In this document: positions 1 through 7,545 of the stretch, piece by piece
Numbering within the stretch: the first letter of the stretch is position 1
Layout of the letters: every line of letters begins with the position of its first letter
Source of the DNA: an uncultured Gammaproteobacteria bacterium
GTDB lineage: Bacteria; Patescibacteriota; Patescibacteriia; UBA11705
DNA: 64,000 nt
Assembly: GCA_964413735.1 (NCBI GenBank)
Contig: CAYPSS010000004.1
Coordinates: 39,538-103,537 of the forward strand
Direction: 5' to 3'
Notes under the pieces: model-generated
Databases searched by the model: none
What the model was told of the DNA's origin: nothing
What the model saw: the letters and a program-made list of their open reading frames with translations, nothing else
Made by a program: the position numbers and the translations under genes

Positions 1-558
1 TTTTTAATTCTTGAAAAATTTTTCTTAAGGGTGTGGTTTTGTCAATGAATTTGTTGTTATAAAAATCTTGTTTGGTGCCGATGGCATATTCATGATTGCC
101 GGTGACCGCGTAAGTGGGAAAAATTTTTGTAGCCGATGCAAGACCTTTTAAATAATAAACATTATTTTCATCGCCTAAAATATAATCGCCGGTTAGCACA
201 ATAATATCTGGGTTTAAATCAATGATTTTTTGGGCCACTTTTTCAAAATAAGAGATTTTTTTATAGCCTCCGGCATGTAGATCGGATAATTGAACTATTT
301 TTAATTGTTCGGTCGTGGATGTTTGGTTAAAATTGAGTTTTATGTTAGTGGTTTTAATTAAATGTGGTTCAATCAAACTGCCGTAAACCAATATAATTAA
401 AGCTATGATTAAAAAAGCCCCGAGGATCAGCTTGAGGTTTGTTTTTTGGCGATTGTTCTTCGACCAATTTTTGATTAAACTTTTAAAGTTTAAGTAAATG
501 GCCAAGGAAATAATAAACGCCAATGATATGATTTGGTAGTCCCAAAATAAATTGGACA
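1..558 (-). CDS. Calcineurin-like metallophosphoesterase, membrane-anchored (3' end truncated by window edge)
   Basis: Own translation of the minus strand from the ATG at 556-558 gives MSNLFWDYQIISLAFIISLAIYLNF... with an N-terminal TM helix. Motifs LSDLHAGG, ITGDYILGD and GNHEYA are typical of metallophosphoesterases. It is absent from the ORF track because it runs off the window. Confidence 0.6.
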
Positions 559-569
559 TGTGTTTAATT

Positions 570-646
570 TGGTAGCAGGGGTGGGGATCGAACCCACGGC
601 CTAGGGGTTATGATTCCCTCGCTCTAACCAACTGAGCTACCCTGCC
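570..646 (-). tRNA. tRNA with CAU anticodon (elongator Met or Ile2-lysidine type)
   Basis: The minus strand reads GGCAGGGTAGCTCAGTTGGTTAGAGCGAGGGAATCATAACCCCTAGGCCGTGGGTTCGATCCCCACCCCTGCTACCA. It has a 7-bp acceptor stem, a GTTCGATCC T-arm, a U33-CAU-A37 anticodon loop and an encoded CCA. Confidence 0.7.
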
Positions 647-799
647 ATAATAAATTATAAAGTAAAAATTCTAATCCCATACTTTTACAAAGTAAATAGT
701 GGGGGTTAACCTGACATAAAAAAATTCTAAATTCTAAATTTTAAATTCCAAGTTATACTTAGGTTTAGAATTTATAATTTAAAATTTAGAATTTATTTT

Positions 800-1054
800 T
801 GGTTGCGGAGGCCGGATTCCTTTCGCGCGACTCGATTTTTCATTAAGGTGCTCAGGATAAACTTCTCATCCGGCACGATTAGTTTGGTTGCGGAGGCCGG
901 ATTTCCTTCGCGCGATTCGATTTTTCATTAAGGTGCTCAGGATAAACTTCTCATCCGACACGATTAGTTTGGTTGCGGAGGCCGGATTCCCTTCGCGCGA
1001 CTCGATTTTTCATTAAGGTGCTCAGGATAAACTTCTCATCCGGCACGATTAGTT
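800..1054. repeat. Tandem array of three 85-bp direct repeats, each holding a copy of the last ~21 nt of the adjacent tRNA-fMet plus 64 nt of its downstream flank
   Basis: Units run 800-884, 885-969 and 970-1054 and begin with tggttgcggaggccggatt, the reverse complement of the tRNA 3' end ...AATCCGGCCTCCGCAACCA. Units are over 95% identical and lie head-to-tail directly against the intact tRNA at 1055. Confidence 0.85.
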
Positions 1055-1129
1055 TGGTTGCGGAGGCCGGATTCGAACCGGCGACCTTCTGGTTATGAGC
1101 CAGACGAGCTGCCTCTGCTCTACCCCGCG
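1055..1129 (-). tRNA. Initiator tRNA-fMet (CAU)
   Basis: The minus strand reads CGCGGGGTAGAGCAGAGGCAGCTCGTCTGGCTCATAACCAGAAGGTCGCCGGTTCGAATCCGGCCTCCGCAACCA, near-identical in layout to E. coli tRNAfMet. It has the hallmark C1:A72 mismatch, CAU anticodon, G:C pairs at the base of the anticodon stem and an encoded CCA. Confidence 0.8.
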
Positions 1130-1222
1130 TCAGAATTATACTATAAAAGTTTATTTTTTGCAAGAGTTGATGAAAATAAAACTCCTGATGAAAAAATCAG
1201 AAGTTTTAGTGGTATATTTAGG

Positions 1223-1948
1223 TTATTGGATTATCCAGCCACCATCGACGGTAATTATTTGACCGGTAATGTAATCAGCATCCGCTGAAGCCAAAAAGGC
1301 GACCGCGCCGGCAATATCGGCTGGTTGCCCCATTCTTTTCAGCGGGATGATATTGATTGTTTGTTTGGTTTCTTCTTCAGAAGATCCTTGGCTGGCGCCC
1401 GGAGTTTCAATGGCACCAGGAGCTACGGCATTAACCGTAATTTTTTGCGGTGCCAGCTCCAAGGCTAAGGCTCGAACAAAACCATTCATCCCGCTTTTTG
1501 AAGCGCAATAATGTGTTAAAGAGGGAAAACCAACCATGGAAGCAATTGAAGATATATTAATTATTTTTCCGCCTTTTGTCATAACTTTGGCGGCTGCTTG
1601 AGAAGTGAAAAAAATACTTTTCAGATTAACATTCATCACTTTATTCCAATCTGATTCTTGCATTTGCATAAAAGGCACAAAAGGAAAAATCCCGGCGTTG
1701 TTAACTAAAATATCCAGTTTGCCGAACTTATTAATCGTATGTTTAATTAGTTTGTTAACTTGAACTTGATTGGAAACATCACATTTGATGAATATTGCTT
1801 TGTTTTTAAATTTTTTTACTAACGCTTCACTACCTTTGATATCAGAGAAAATTACTTTAGCTCCTTCATTTAATAATTTTTCCGCGATACCGTAGCCAAT
1901 TCCCATGGCTGCCCCAGTGACAATGGCCACTTTGTTTTTTAGGCGCAT
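1223..1948 (-). CDS. Short-chain dehydrogenase/reductase (FabG-like SDR oxidoreductase)
   Basis: 241 aa. Rossmann motif TGAAMGIGYGIA, NNAGI, and catalytic YCASKSG (YxxxK). Confidence 0.8.
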   Translation of the reverse strand: MRLKNKVAIVTGAAMGIGYGIAEKLLNEGAKVIFSDIKGSEALVKKFKNKAIFIKCDVSNQVQVNKLIKHTINKFGKLDILVNNAGIFPFVPFMQMQESDWNKVMNVNLKSIFFTSQAAAKVMTKGGKIINISSIASMVGFPSLTHYCASKSGMNGFVRALALELAPQKITVNAVAPGAIETPGASQGSSEEETKQTINIIPLKRMGQPADIAGAVAFLASADADYITGQIITVDGGWIIQ

Positions 1949-2041
1949 ATTTTTTTTATTTTATTAATTATTTGTAATATTTATTATACCATATTTTGTT
2001 TGGTAATAAAACAAAAAATACCAGTTAACTGGTATTATTAA

Positions 2042-2126
2042 TGGTGCCGAAGGAGAGAATCGAACTCTCATGAGCAAAGCCCACACGATTTTGAGTCGTG
2101 CGCGTCTACCAATTCCGCCACTTCGG
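2042..2126 (-). tRNA. tRNA-Leu (CAA)
   Basis: The minus strand reads GCCGAAGTGGCGGAATTGGTAGACGCGCACGACTCAAAATCGTGTGGGCTTTGCTCATGAGAGTTCGATTCTCTCCTTCGGCACCA. It has a long variable arm (class II), a CAA anticodon flanked by U33/A37, and a GTTCGATTC T-arm. Confidence 0.8.
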
Positions 2127-2254
2127 CAAGGTATAAAAAACAAGTTTAACAACCATATAATAGCAAGGTTTTTTATTATTGTCAAAACCGGTTAAATACA
2201 GTATAATGAAACTGATAAAATCTCACTAGGAGATCATTTATTGAATTTAAAAAT

Positions 2255-3037
2255 ATGGCTCATATAATCAGTATTGTTAATCAAAAGGGCGGGGTAGGGA
2301 AAACCACGACAGCTGTGAATTTGGGTGCTTATTTGGCTGAACATGGTAAATATGTTTTATTGGTGGATTTGGATCCGCAAGCCAATGCTTCTTCCGGTTT
2401 GGGAATCGAATATCAAACTTTGGACAGAGGGATATATGAAGCTTTAGCCGGGAGTCATTTGGTCCGAGAAATTGTGATGCCCAGTGGTATTCATGGTTTT
2501 CGCGTCGCTCCATCAACTCCTGCTTTGGCTGGAGCTAATGTGGAATTGGTTGATTTACCGCGTCGAGAATTCAGATTGTCTGATGCTTTGCTGGAAGTGA
2601 AAAGTGATTATGATGTTATTCTAATTGATTGTCCGCCTTCACTTGGCATTTTGACTATTAATGGTTTGGTGGCGGCCGATAATATTTTAATTCCGGTGCA
2701 AGCGGAATATTATGCTTTGGAGGGTTTAGGACAATTATTAAATACGATTTCATTAGTTAAAGAGAATATTAAAGCAGAACTCGAAGTTTTAGGGGCGGTG
2801 ATTACCATGTTTGATAAAAGAACCAGATTATCTTCTCAAGTGATGGAAGAACTATACCGCTATTTCCCGGACAAAATTTTTCGATCAGTAATTCCGCGTA
2901 GCGTTCGATTGTCAGAAGCGCCGAGTCACGGTAAGGCGATTTCACATTATGACCCGGAATCAAAAGGCGCTCGAGCATACTCAAAGTTAGCACGTGAATT
3001 GATTGATTTGTTAGATGAACGGTCGGGAAAAATTTAA
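2255..3037 (+). CDS. parA: Chromosome partitioning ATPase ParA/Soj
   Basis: 260 aa. Deviant Walker A KGGVGKTTTAVNL, and overall ParA pattern (DLDPQAN, IDCPPSLG). Confidence 0.9.
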   Translation: MAHIISIVNQKGGVGKTTTAVNLGAYLAEHGKYVLLVDLDPQANASSGLGIEYQTLDRGIYEALAGSHLVREIVMPSGIHGFRVAPSTPALAGANVELVDLPRREFRLSDALLEVKSDYDVILIDCPPSLGILTINGLVAADNILIPVQAEYYALEGLGQLLNTISLVKENIKAELEVLGAVITMFDKRTRLSSQVMEELYRYFPDKIFRSVIPRSVRLSEAPSHGKAISHYDPESKGARAYSKLARELIDLLDERSGKI

Positions 3038-3057
3038 TTAAATAAAAATAAAATATT

Positions 3058-3930
3058 ATGAGCGGATTAGGTCGTGGCTTGGGATCGTTGATTCCCAATA
3101 AAAAGGTGATTGATCAAGCAATTAGTGAAGAATATAAACCATTATTAGTTGATGACAATAAACAAGTTATAGAATTACCGGTGGAGAAAATTGATGTTAA
3201 TCCTCATCAACCGCGTCAAGTTTTCAATCATGCTGATTTGGAAGATTTGATAAATTCAATTCGTGATTATGGGATTATTCAACCATTAATCGTGACCAAG
3301 CAAGATAATCGTTATGAATTGATTGCCGGAGAAAGACGATTACGTGCCGCTAAAATTTTGGCTTTGAAAACCGTTCCTTGCTTGATTCGCGAAGCTGATG
3401 AACAGCAAAAATTGGAATTGGCAATTATTGAAAATGTGCAACGGGCAAATTTAAATCCCATTGAAGAAGCGATTGCTTATCAAAGATTAATGGATCAATT
3501 TAATTTAAATCAAGAACAGGTGGCGGATCGGGTGGGGAAATCTCGTTCTGCTATTGCCAATACGATTCGTTTACTTAATTTACCAGAACAGGTGCAAAAA
3601 GCCTTGGTGGACAAGAAAATCACCGAGGGCCATGCACGGGTGATTGCCGGAATTGACGATGAAAATGAACAGTTGACATTTTTAGCCAAAATATTAGAAT
3701 ATAATTTCACGGTTCGTGATGCGGAGCGAGAAAGCCGAAAATTGCAACCAGTGGTCAAGAGATCGGCGCGTGCCCCATTTGATCCGACTTTGGAATCAAT
3801 AAAGGAACGCTTGCGTTCCAGTTTGGCTACCAAGGTGGAAATAAAGAAAAAATCCGGTAAAGGGCAAATTATTATTAATTTTTATTCAGAGGAGGAATTT
3901 AATGATCTAGTAAATAAGATTTCCGATTAA
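3058..3930 (+). CDS. parB: Chromosome partitioning protein ParB/Spo0J
   Basis: 290 aa. ParB box GIIQPLIV...GERRLRAAK and an HTH region; immediately downstream of parA. Confidence 0.9.
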   Translation: MSGLGRGLGSLIPNKKVIDQAISEEYKPLLVDDNKQVIELPVEKIDVNPHQPRQVFNHADLEDLINSIRDYGIIQPLIVTKQDNRYELIAGERRLRAAKILALKTVPCLIREADEQQKLELAIIENVQRANLNPIEEAIAYQRLMDQFNLNQEQVADRVGKSRSAIANTIRLLNLPEQVQKALVDKKITEGHARVIAGIDDENEQLTFLAKILEYNFTVRDAERESRKLQPVVKRSARAPFDPTLESIKERLRSSLATKVEIKKKSGKGQIIINFYSEEEFNDLVNKISD

Positions 3931-3931
3931 T

Positions 3932-4504
3932 ATGAAAAAAGCAATTTTATTAAGTTTATTGTTAGTGGGGGTGATGATTTTTTCCGGCTGTGTGAAAAAT
4001 AATGTTCCGGAAGATTATGGTCAACCAACGGTCCAATCTTCTTTGATTTTGGATCAAGAAAAAGTTAAGGAAAATGTTGATGGATGGGTGGTTTTTACCA
4101 ATCCGCAATTTCGTTATGAATTGCGTTATCCGAAAAATTGGACTTACAGTTTGGATGATGAAGGAGCTAAGATCTCGGTTCTTTATCCCAAAAATAAACA
4201 GTTGAGTGAAGAATATTTTGGCGCCATGATTGTTCAGGGAATTGTTAATTGGAAGAACAGTTATTCAATTCCGGAATATTATGCTATGGAAGCTTTAAAT
4301 AATTACTATGAGCTTGGTTTTGAGGCGAGATCCTTTATACTCAATGATTACAAGGCTGTGTGGTTTCCCAATGTGGATGGTTTGTATGGAGAATTGCCGG
4401 TACAAGTGGTAGCCATTGATCTTAATGATCGTTTGCTGGAGATTCATTTATTTACCACTGACGAAGAAACTTTGACGGTATTGAACAGTTTAAAATTTTA
4501 TTAG
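3932..4504 (+). CDS. Hypothetical lipoprotein
   Basis: 190 aa. N-terminal signal peptide with lipobox FSGC; no recognisable catalytic motifs. Confidence 0.5.
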   Translation: MKKAILLSLLLVGVMIFSGCVKNNVPEDYGQPTVQSSLILDQEKVKENVDGWVVFTNPQFRYELRYPKNWTYSLDDEGAKISVLYPKNKQLSEEYFGAMIVQGIVNWKNSYSIPEYYAMEALNNYYELGFEARSFILNDYKAVWFPNVDGLYGELPVQVVAIDLNDRLLEIHLFTTDEETLTVLNSLKFY

Positions 4505-4526
4505 AGCTTAAATATTTTTTAAAGTG

Positions 4527-4558
4527 AAAAACGATACGCATTGCGTATCGTTTTTTCT
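4527..4558. terminator. Bidirectional rho-independent terminator
   Basis: Perfect hairpin acgatacg-cattg-cgtatcgt, flanked by an A-run on the 5' side and a T-run on the 3' side. It lies between the convergent genes 3932..4504(+) and 4560..5288(-). Confidence 0.7.
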
Positions 4559-4559
4559 T

Positions 4560-5288
4560 TCAGCGCGGGAGAATGACCACCCGCACCATCTGTGCCTCGG
4601 CGTTTTCCAGCATTTGCAGTTGGAGCATGCCAGAGGCAAAAGCGGCGCGTGGTCGGCCACAGAACTTAGGATGGATTGTTGACCAGCCGATCGGTTCCGT
4701 AGCGTCCGGGTCATTCACACGGTCCTTTAGGATCGGCTTGTCACAGGTTTCCCACAACACCACGAACTGCGTGGCATCGTCTCGGGATCCCGTGACCTCG
4801 GCCAGGTCAACCCGCTGACCCGGCTCAACGCGCCCGTGGAAAATTTCAGTTCCCCCGAATTGCTCGAGGGAACCGGTCGGGATTTGGCCCACGGTGCCAA
4901 ATCCCTGAATGGAGGTGGCTGTTGGAGTCAGTGGCTGGCTGGCCACGTCGACAAAATGTCGACAGCCATCCACCACCATCCCCGCAATAATCACGATTGC
5001 CGTGATCATCACGAGGAAAGCGATCAGCCCCCCTATCATTCCCACCTTTTCCCATGTGGTCATGGGGGCGGGGGGTGTTCCGGCGGGCGGGGTGCCGGCC
5101 GGAGGGCAGGCACCCCCACCAGTGGGTGGGGTCGTCGTTCCACGACTCGCCCGCTGAATCAGCCTGGCGATGCTGATTACCAATACCATCCCCAGCACAA
5201 TACCTACGGACCAGTGGATCCACCAGCCGGCGAGGACCGCGCCCGCGATCCCCAGCAGGAACAGGACAACGATCATGACTGAGCCCAT
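4560..5288 (-). CDS. Hypothetical membrane protein encoded by a GC-rich, GC3-rich island (2-3 TM helices, Pro/Thr/Gly linker, about 130-aa C-terminal domain)
   Basis: The 242-aa ORF spans the whole high-GC patch. A canonical SD AAGGAGG sits 7 nt upstream of the ATG, followed by a terminator. Other-frame ORFs here are artifacts of high GC, which leaves few stop codons. Confidence 0.6.
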   Translation of the reverse strand: MGSVMIVVLFLLGIAGAVLAGWWIHWSVGIVLGMVLVISIARLIQRASRGTTTPPTGGGACPPAGTPPAGTPPAPMTTWEKVGMIGGLIAFLVMITAIVIIAGMVVDGCRHFVDVASQPLTPTATSIQGFGTVGQIPTGSLEQFGGTEIFHGRVEPGQRVDLAEVTGSRDDATQFVVLWETCDKPILKDRVNDPDATEPIGWSTIHPKFCGRPRAAFASGMLQLQMLENAEAQMVRVVILPR

Positions 5289-5375
5289 TTGGGCCTCCTT
5301 GTTTAAAAGAACTTGTTATTATAGCACACTTTGGAATAAAAATCAAGGAGTATGGCTCTTTTTGCTTTATTTTAA

Positions 5376-5408
5376 GCAAAAAAAATAACCTCAGATTTAC
5401 TGAGGTTT
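5376..5408 (-). terminator. Rho-independent terminator for the SPFH gene
   Basis: Minus-strand hairpin aacctcag-taaat-ctgaggtt followed by a U-run (complement of the A8 run at 5378-5386). Confidence 0.6.
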
Positions 5409-5416
5409 AATTAGTA

Positions 5417-6562
5417 TTACTTTTTCTTGGGGTGCCTGGAACCGGCCTCGGGCGCCACGCTATCCATTACTCTGTCAACCGCTCTTTGGCTTAATCCACG
5501 GCCCAGGTTATGAGCCACGATTGCCCAAGGGCTCACACCTTGTTTAGTCAAGTCTTTCATCTGATCAGTGAAAACTTGTTCTCGTTGGGCGGTCCCTTCC
5601 GCTTCCGCTTGCCGAATTTGTCTGGTCGCATCAGCTTGGGCCGCACCTTTCTTGCGAATGGCTTCGGCTTCACCGTCAGCGCGAATTTTCATTGCTTCTG
5701 ATTCAGCGCTTGCTTTCTTGGTTTCTACTTGCAGTCTTTGTTCGGCTTCAATGACATCAGCATTGGGTTGAATATCAATTACGGTAACCAGCGAAGCTTG
5801 ACAGCCGGTTTGATCAATGAATGATTTATTCAACAGCAAACGGCGAGCACCATCAGAAAAATGACATTCAGCCAACAAGTTAGCCAGTCGTTGATTTGCA
5901 CCTTGGATAATATAGGTATTTCCAAAGGATACTACCATGTTGGGGTCATCAATATCTTCGTTGAAAAGCAATTCCAAGCGCGCTTTGAGTTCCTTCATTT
6001 TTTGATCTTTGTTATTTCGGAGATCTTCATATGTGTATTTGCTGATCATTTCTCTGGCAATATCTAGAGCGCGTTGTCGCGTTAGGCCTTCAAGCTGTTC
6101 TCTGGTTTCTAAATATCGTGACATTCTCATCACTCGGGTTTCCTGATCTTCGTCTAAAACAATTTGATGGTTAACTTCCATTTTTACGGTTACTTGAATT
6201 TCATCTTTACTGGAAAACTCGCCTACGATATCTTTTACAATTACGGGTGCCAAGCTGACTTCTTCGCCTTCTTGAATACCAGGAACAATCAGGCTGGGTC
6301 CGGCATCGCGGACTTCCTTCAGTTTCCCAAATACTTTTACCAGCAAAATGTTTGGCTGTTTGACATCACGCACAAAGGCGGAGAAAAACAAATACACCAG
6401 TGATCCAAGAAAACCGATAATCAGCAAAGCGCCAAGGCCGGCTTCCCATCCACCAATCAACCATGAAATTAAGGAAATGACGATGGTAGCGGTAACTCCG
6501 ATTATCCATGTCAAAGGTTTAGTTAAATAGTCAATCAATTTTTGTAAATTGGTATTGGCCAT
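5417..6562 (-). CDS. SPFH/band-7 (flotillin/YqiK-like) membrane protein
   Basis: 381 aa. N-terminal TM helices, a PHB-like core, and an Ala/Glu/Gln-rich coiled-coil C-terminus (EAEAIRKKGAAQADATRQIRQAEAEG) typical of flotillin-like proteins. Confidence 0.65.
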   Translation of the reverse strand: MANTNLQKLIDYLTKPLTWIIGVTATIVISLISWLIGGWEAGLGALLIIGFLGSLVYLFFSAFVRDVKQPNILLVKVFGKLKEVRDAGPSLIVPGIQEGEEVSLAPVIVKDIVGEFSSKDEIQVTVKMEVNHQIVLDEDQETRVMRMSRYLETREQLEGLTRQRALDIAREMISKYTYEDLRNNKDQKMKELKARLELLFNEDIDDPNMVVSFGNTYIIQGANQRLANLLAECHFSDGARRLLLNKSFIDQTGCQASLVTVIDIQPNADVIEAEQRLQVETKKASAESEAMKIRADGEAEAIRKKGAAQADATRQIRQAEAEGTAQREQVFTDQMKDLTKQGVSPWAIVAHNLGRGLSQRAVDRVMDSVAPEAGSRHPKKK

Positions 6563-6685
6563 TTTTCCCTCCCTTAGGGATTAAGAGCTAAGTCAAGGAA
6601 CATTCGCACCTTTTAAATTAACATAAATTATAAAAAAAGTCAATGGCAAAAACCACTGACTGATTATTTGGGATTAAAATGAATA

Positions 6686-7543
6686 TTAGTCAATACTTTG
6701 AGCCGCATCAATGATAAAGCGAATTATAATATAACTGCTGAAAATAATTGCTAGTCCAATGATCGCTGATATCATGGCGGCTCGGCCTTTTTTCACATAA
6801 TCTGGTCGACCAGCTGAGATCATCCACATTGCTCCTCCAATAATAAATACCACCAGTGCCACTGAGCCAGAAATGCCAATAATATATTTCACAATTCGAC
6901 CAAGAATAATATTAATGTTGGTTTCTCCTAAAGGATTGGGCAAAGATTGAGTAGTGGGGGCCCCAGTATTGGTATTGGGGTCACCGGTGTTGGTATTGGG
7001 GTCACCGGTGTTGGTATTGGGGTCTCCGGTATTGGTTAATGGGCTGTTAGGATCAGCAATACAAAAGTCTTGAGAACAAATATTACTGATACATTCATAA
7101 TTTTCTGTGCATGGACTACCGTCGGATTCTTTGGGATTACAAATTGACGGGCTTAGTGATAAGTTACAAAATTGATTATCAGGGCAAGCAGTTTGAGAAG
7201 TACAGCTGACAGTACCGGTTCCGGCAACTAACTCGCATTTTTGTGTTTGAGAATTACATTCACCTTGCAAACATTGGCCATCACCATCACAAGTACCACC
7301 TAAAGGAATTTTAAGGGTACATGATTGAGAAAAATCAGTAGGATTTAATTTGCAAAAATAACCATTTGGACATTGTGAGTCATATTCACATGAGGCACTA
7401 CCACAATAACCCAAACTAGTACAAAATTCCCCTGTTGAACAATCAGCATTGGTCGAACAAGGAGTTTGTTGAGCAAAAATAGTTGTAGGAATGATAAGAA
7501 GTGAAAATAGAATAAAGAAGAGAAAAAAGTGTTTGATTTTCAT
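6686..7543 (-). CDS. Secreted cysteine-rich repeat protein with C-terminal pilin-like (VirB2/TrbC-like) two-helix membrane module
   Basis: 285 aa. Signal peptide; at least five C-x-C-rich modules; internal 21-nt tandem repeat encoding TGDPNTN x4. The C-terminus ...VALVVFIIGGAMWMISAGRPDYVKKGRAAMISAIIGLAIIF is paralogous to the N-termini of ORFs 23264 and 25472. Confidence 0.6.
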   Translation of the reverse strand: MKIKHFFLFFILFSLLIIPTTIFAQQTPCSTNADCSTGEFCTSLGYCGSASCEYDSQCPNGYFCKLNPTDFSQSCTLKIPLGGTCDGDGQCLQGECNSQTQKCELVAGTGTVSCTSQTACPDNQFCNLSLSPSICNPKESDGSPCTENYECISNICSQDFCIADPNSPLTNTGDPNTNTGDPNTNTGDPNTNTGAPTTQSLPNPLGETNINIILGRIVKYIIGISGSVALVVFIIGGAMWMISAGRPDYVKKGRAAMISAIIGLAIIFSSYIIIRFIIDAAQSID

Positions 7544-7545
7544 AT

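Noticed and set aside
700-800. AT-rich ctaaatt/aatttag micro-repeats between the two tRNAs
   Set aside because: Low-complexity AT-rich spacer with short imperfect repeats; no clear structure beyond possible promoter/UP-element function.
800-1054. Could the 85-bp tandem repeats be a CRISPR array?
   Set aside because: Units are contiguous with no unique spacers, each unit is a partial tRNA copy, and no cas genes are present. Not CRISPR.
951-1288. Track ORFs 951..1163(-) and 1058..1288(+)
   Set aside because: They lie over the tRNA-fMet and its 85-bp repeat array; the translation is repeat-derived nonsense with no RBS. Spurious.
1964-2185. Track ORF 1964..2185(-)
   Set aside because: Overlaps tRNA-Leu(CAA) at 2042-2126; spurious.
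4573-5388. Multiple overlapping ORFs on both strands in the GC-rich patch (4573..4818+, 4836..5282+, 4846..5379-, 4909..5157+, 5170..5388+)
   Set aside because: High GC suppresses stop codons in all frames. Only the 4560..5288(-) ORF spans the island and has a canonical SD and terminator; the others are artifacts.
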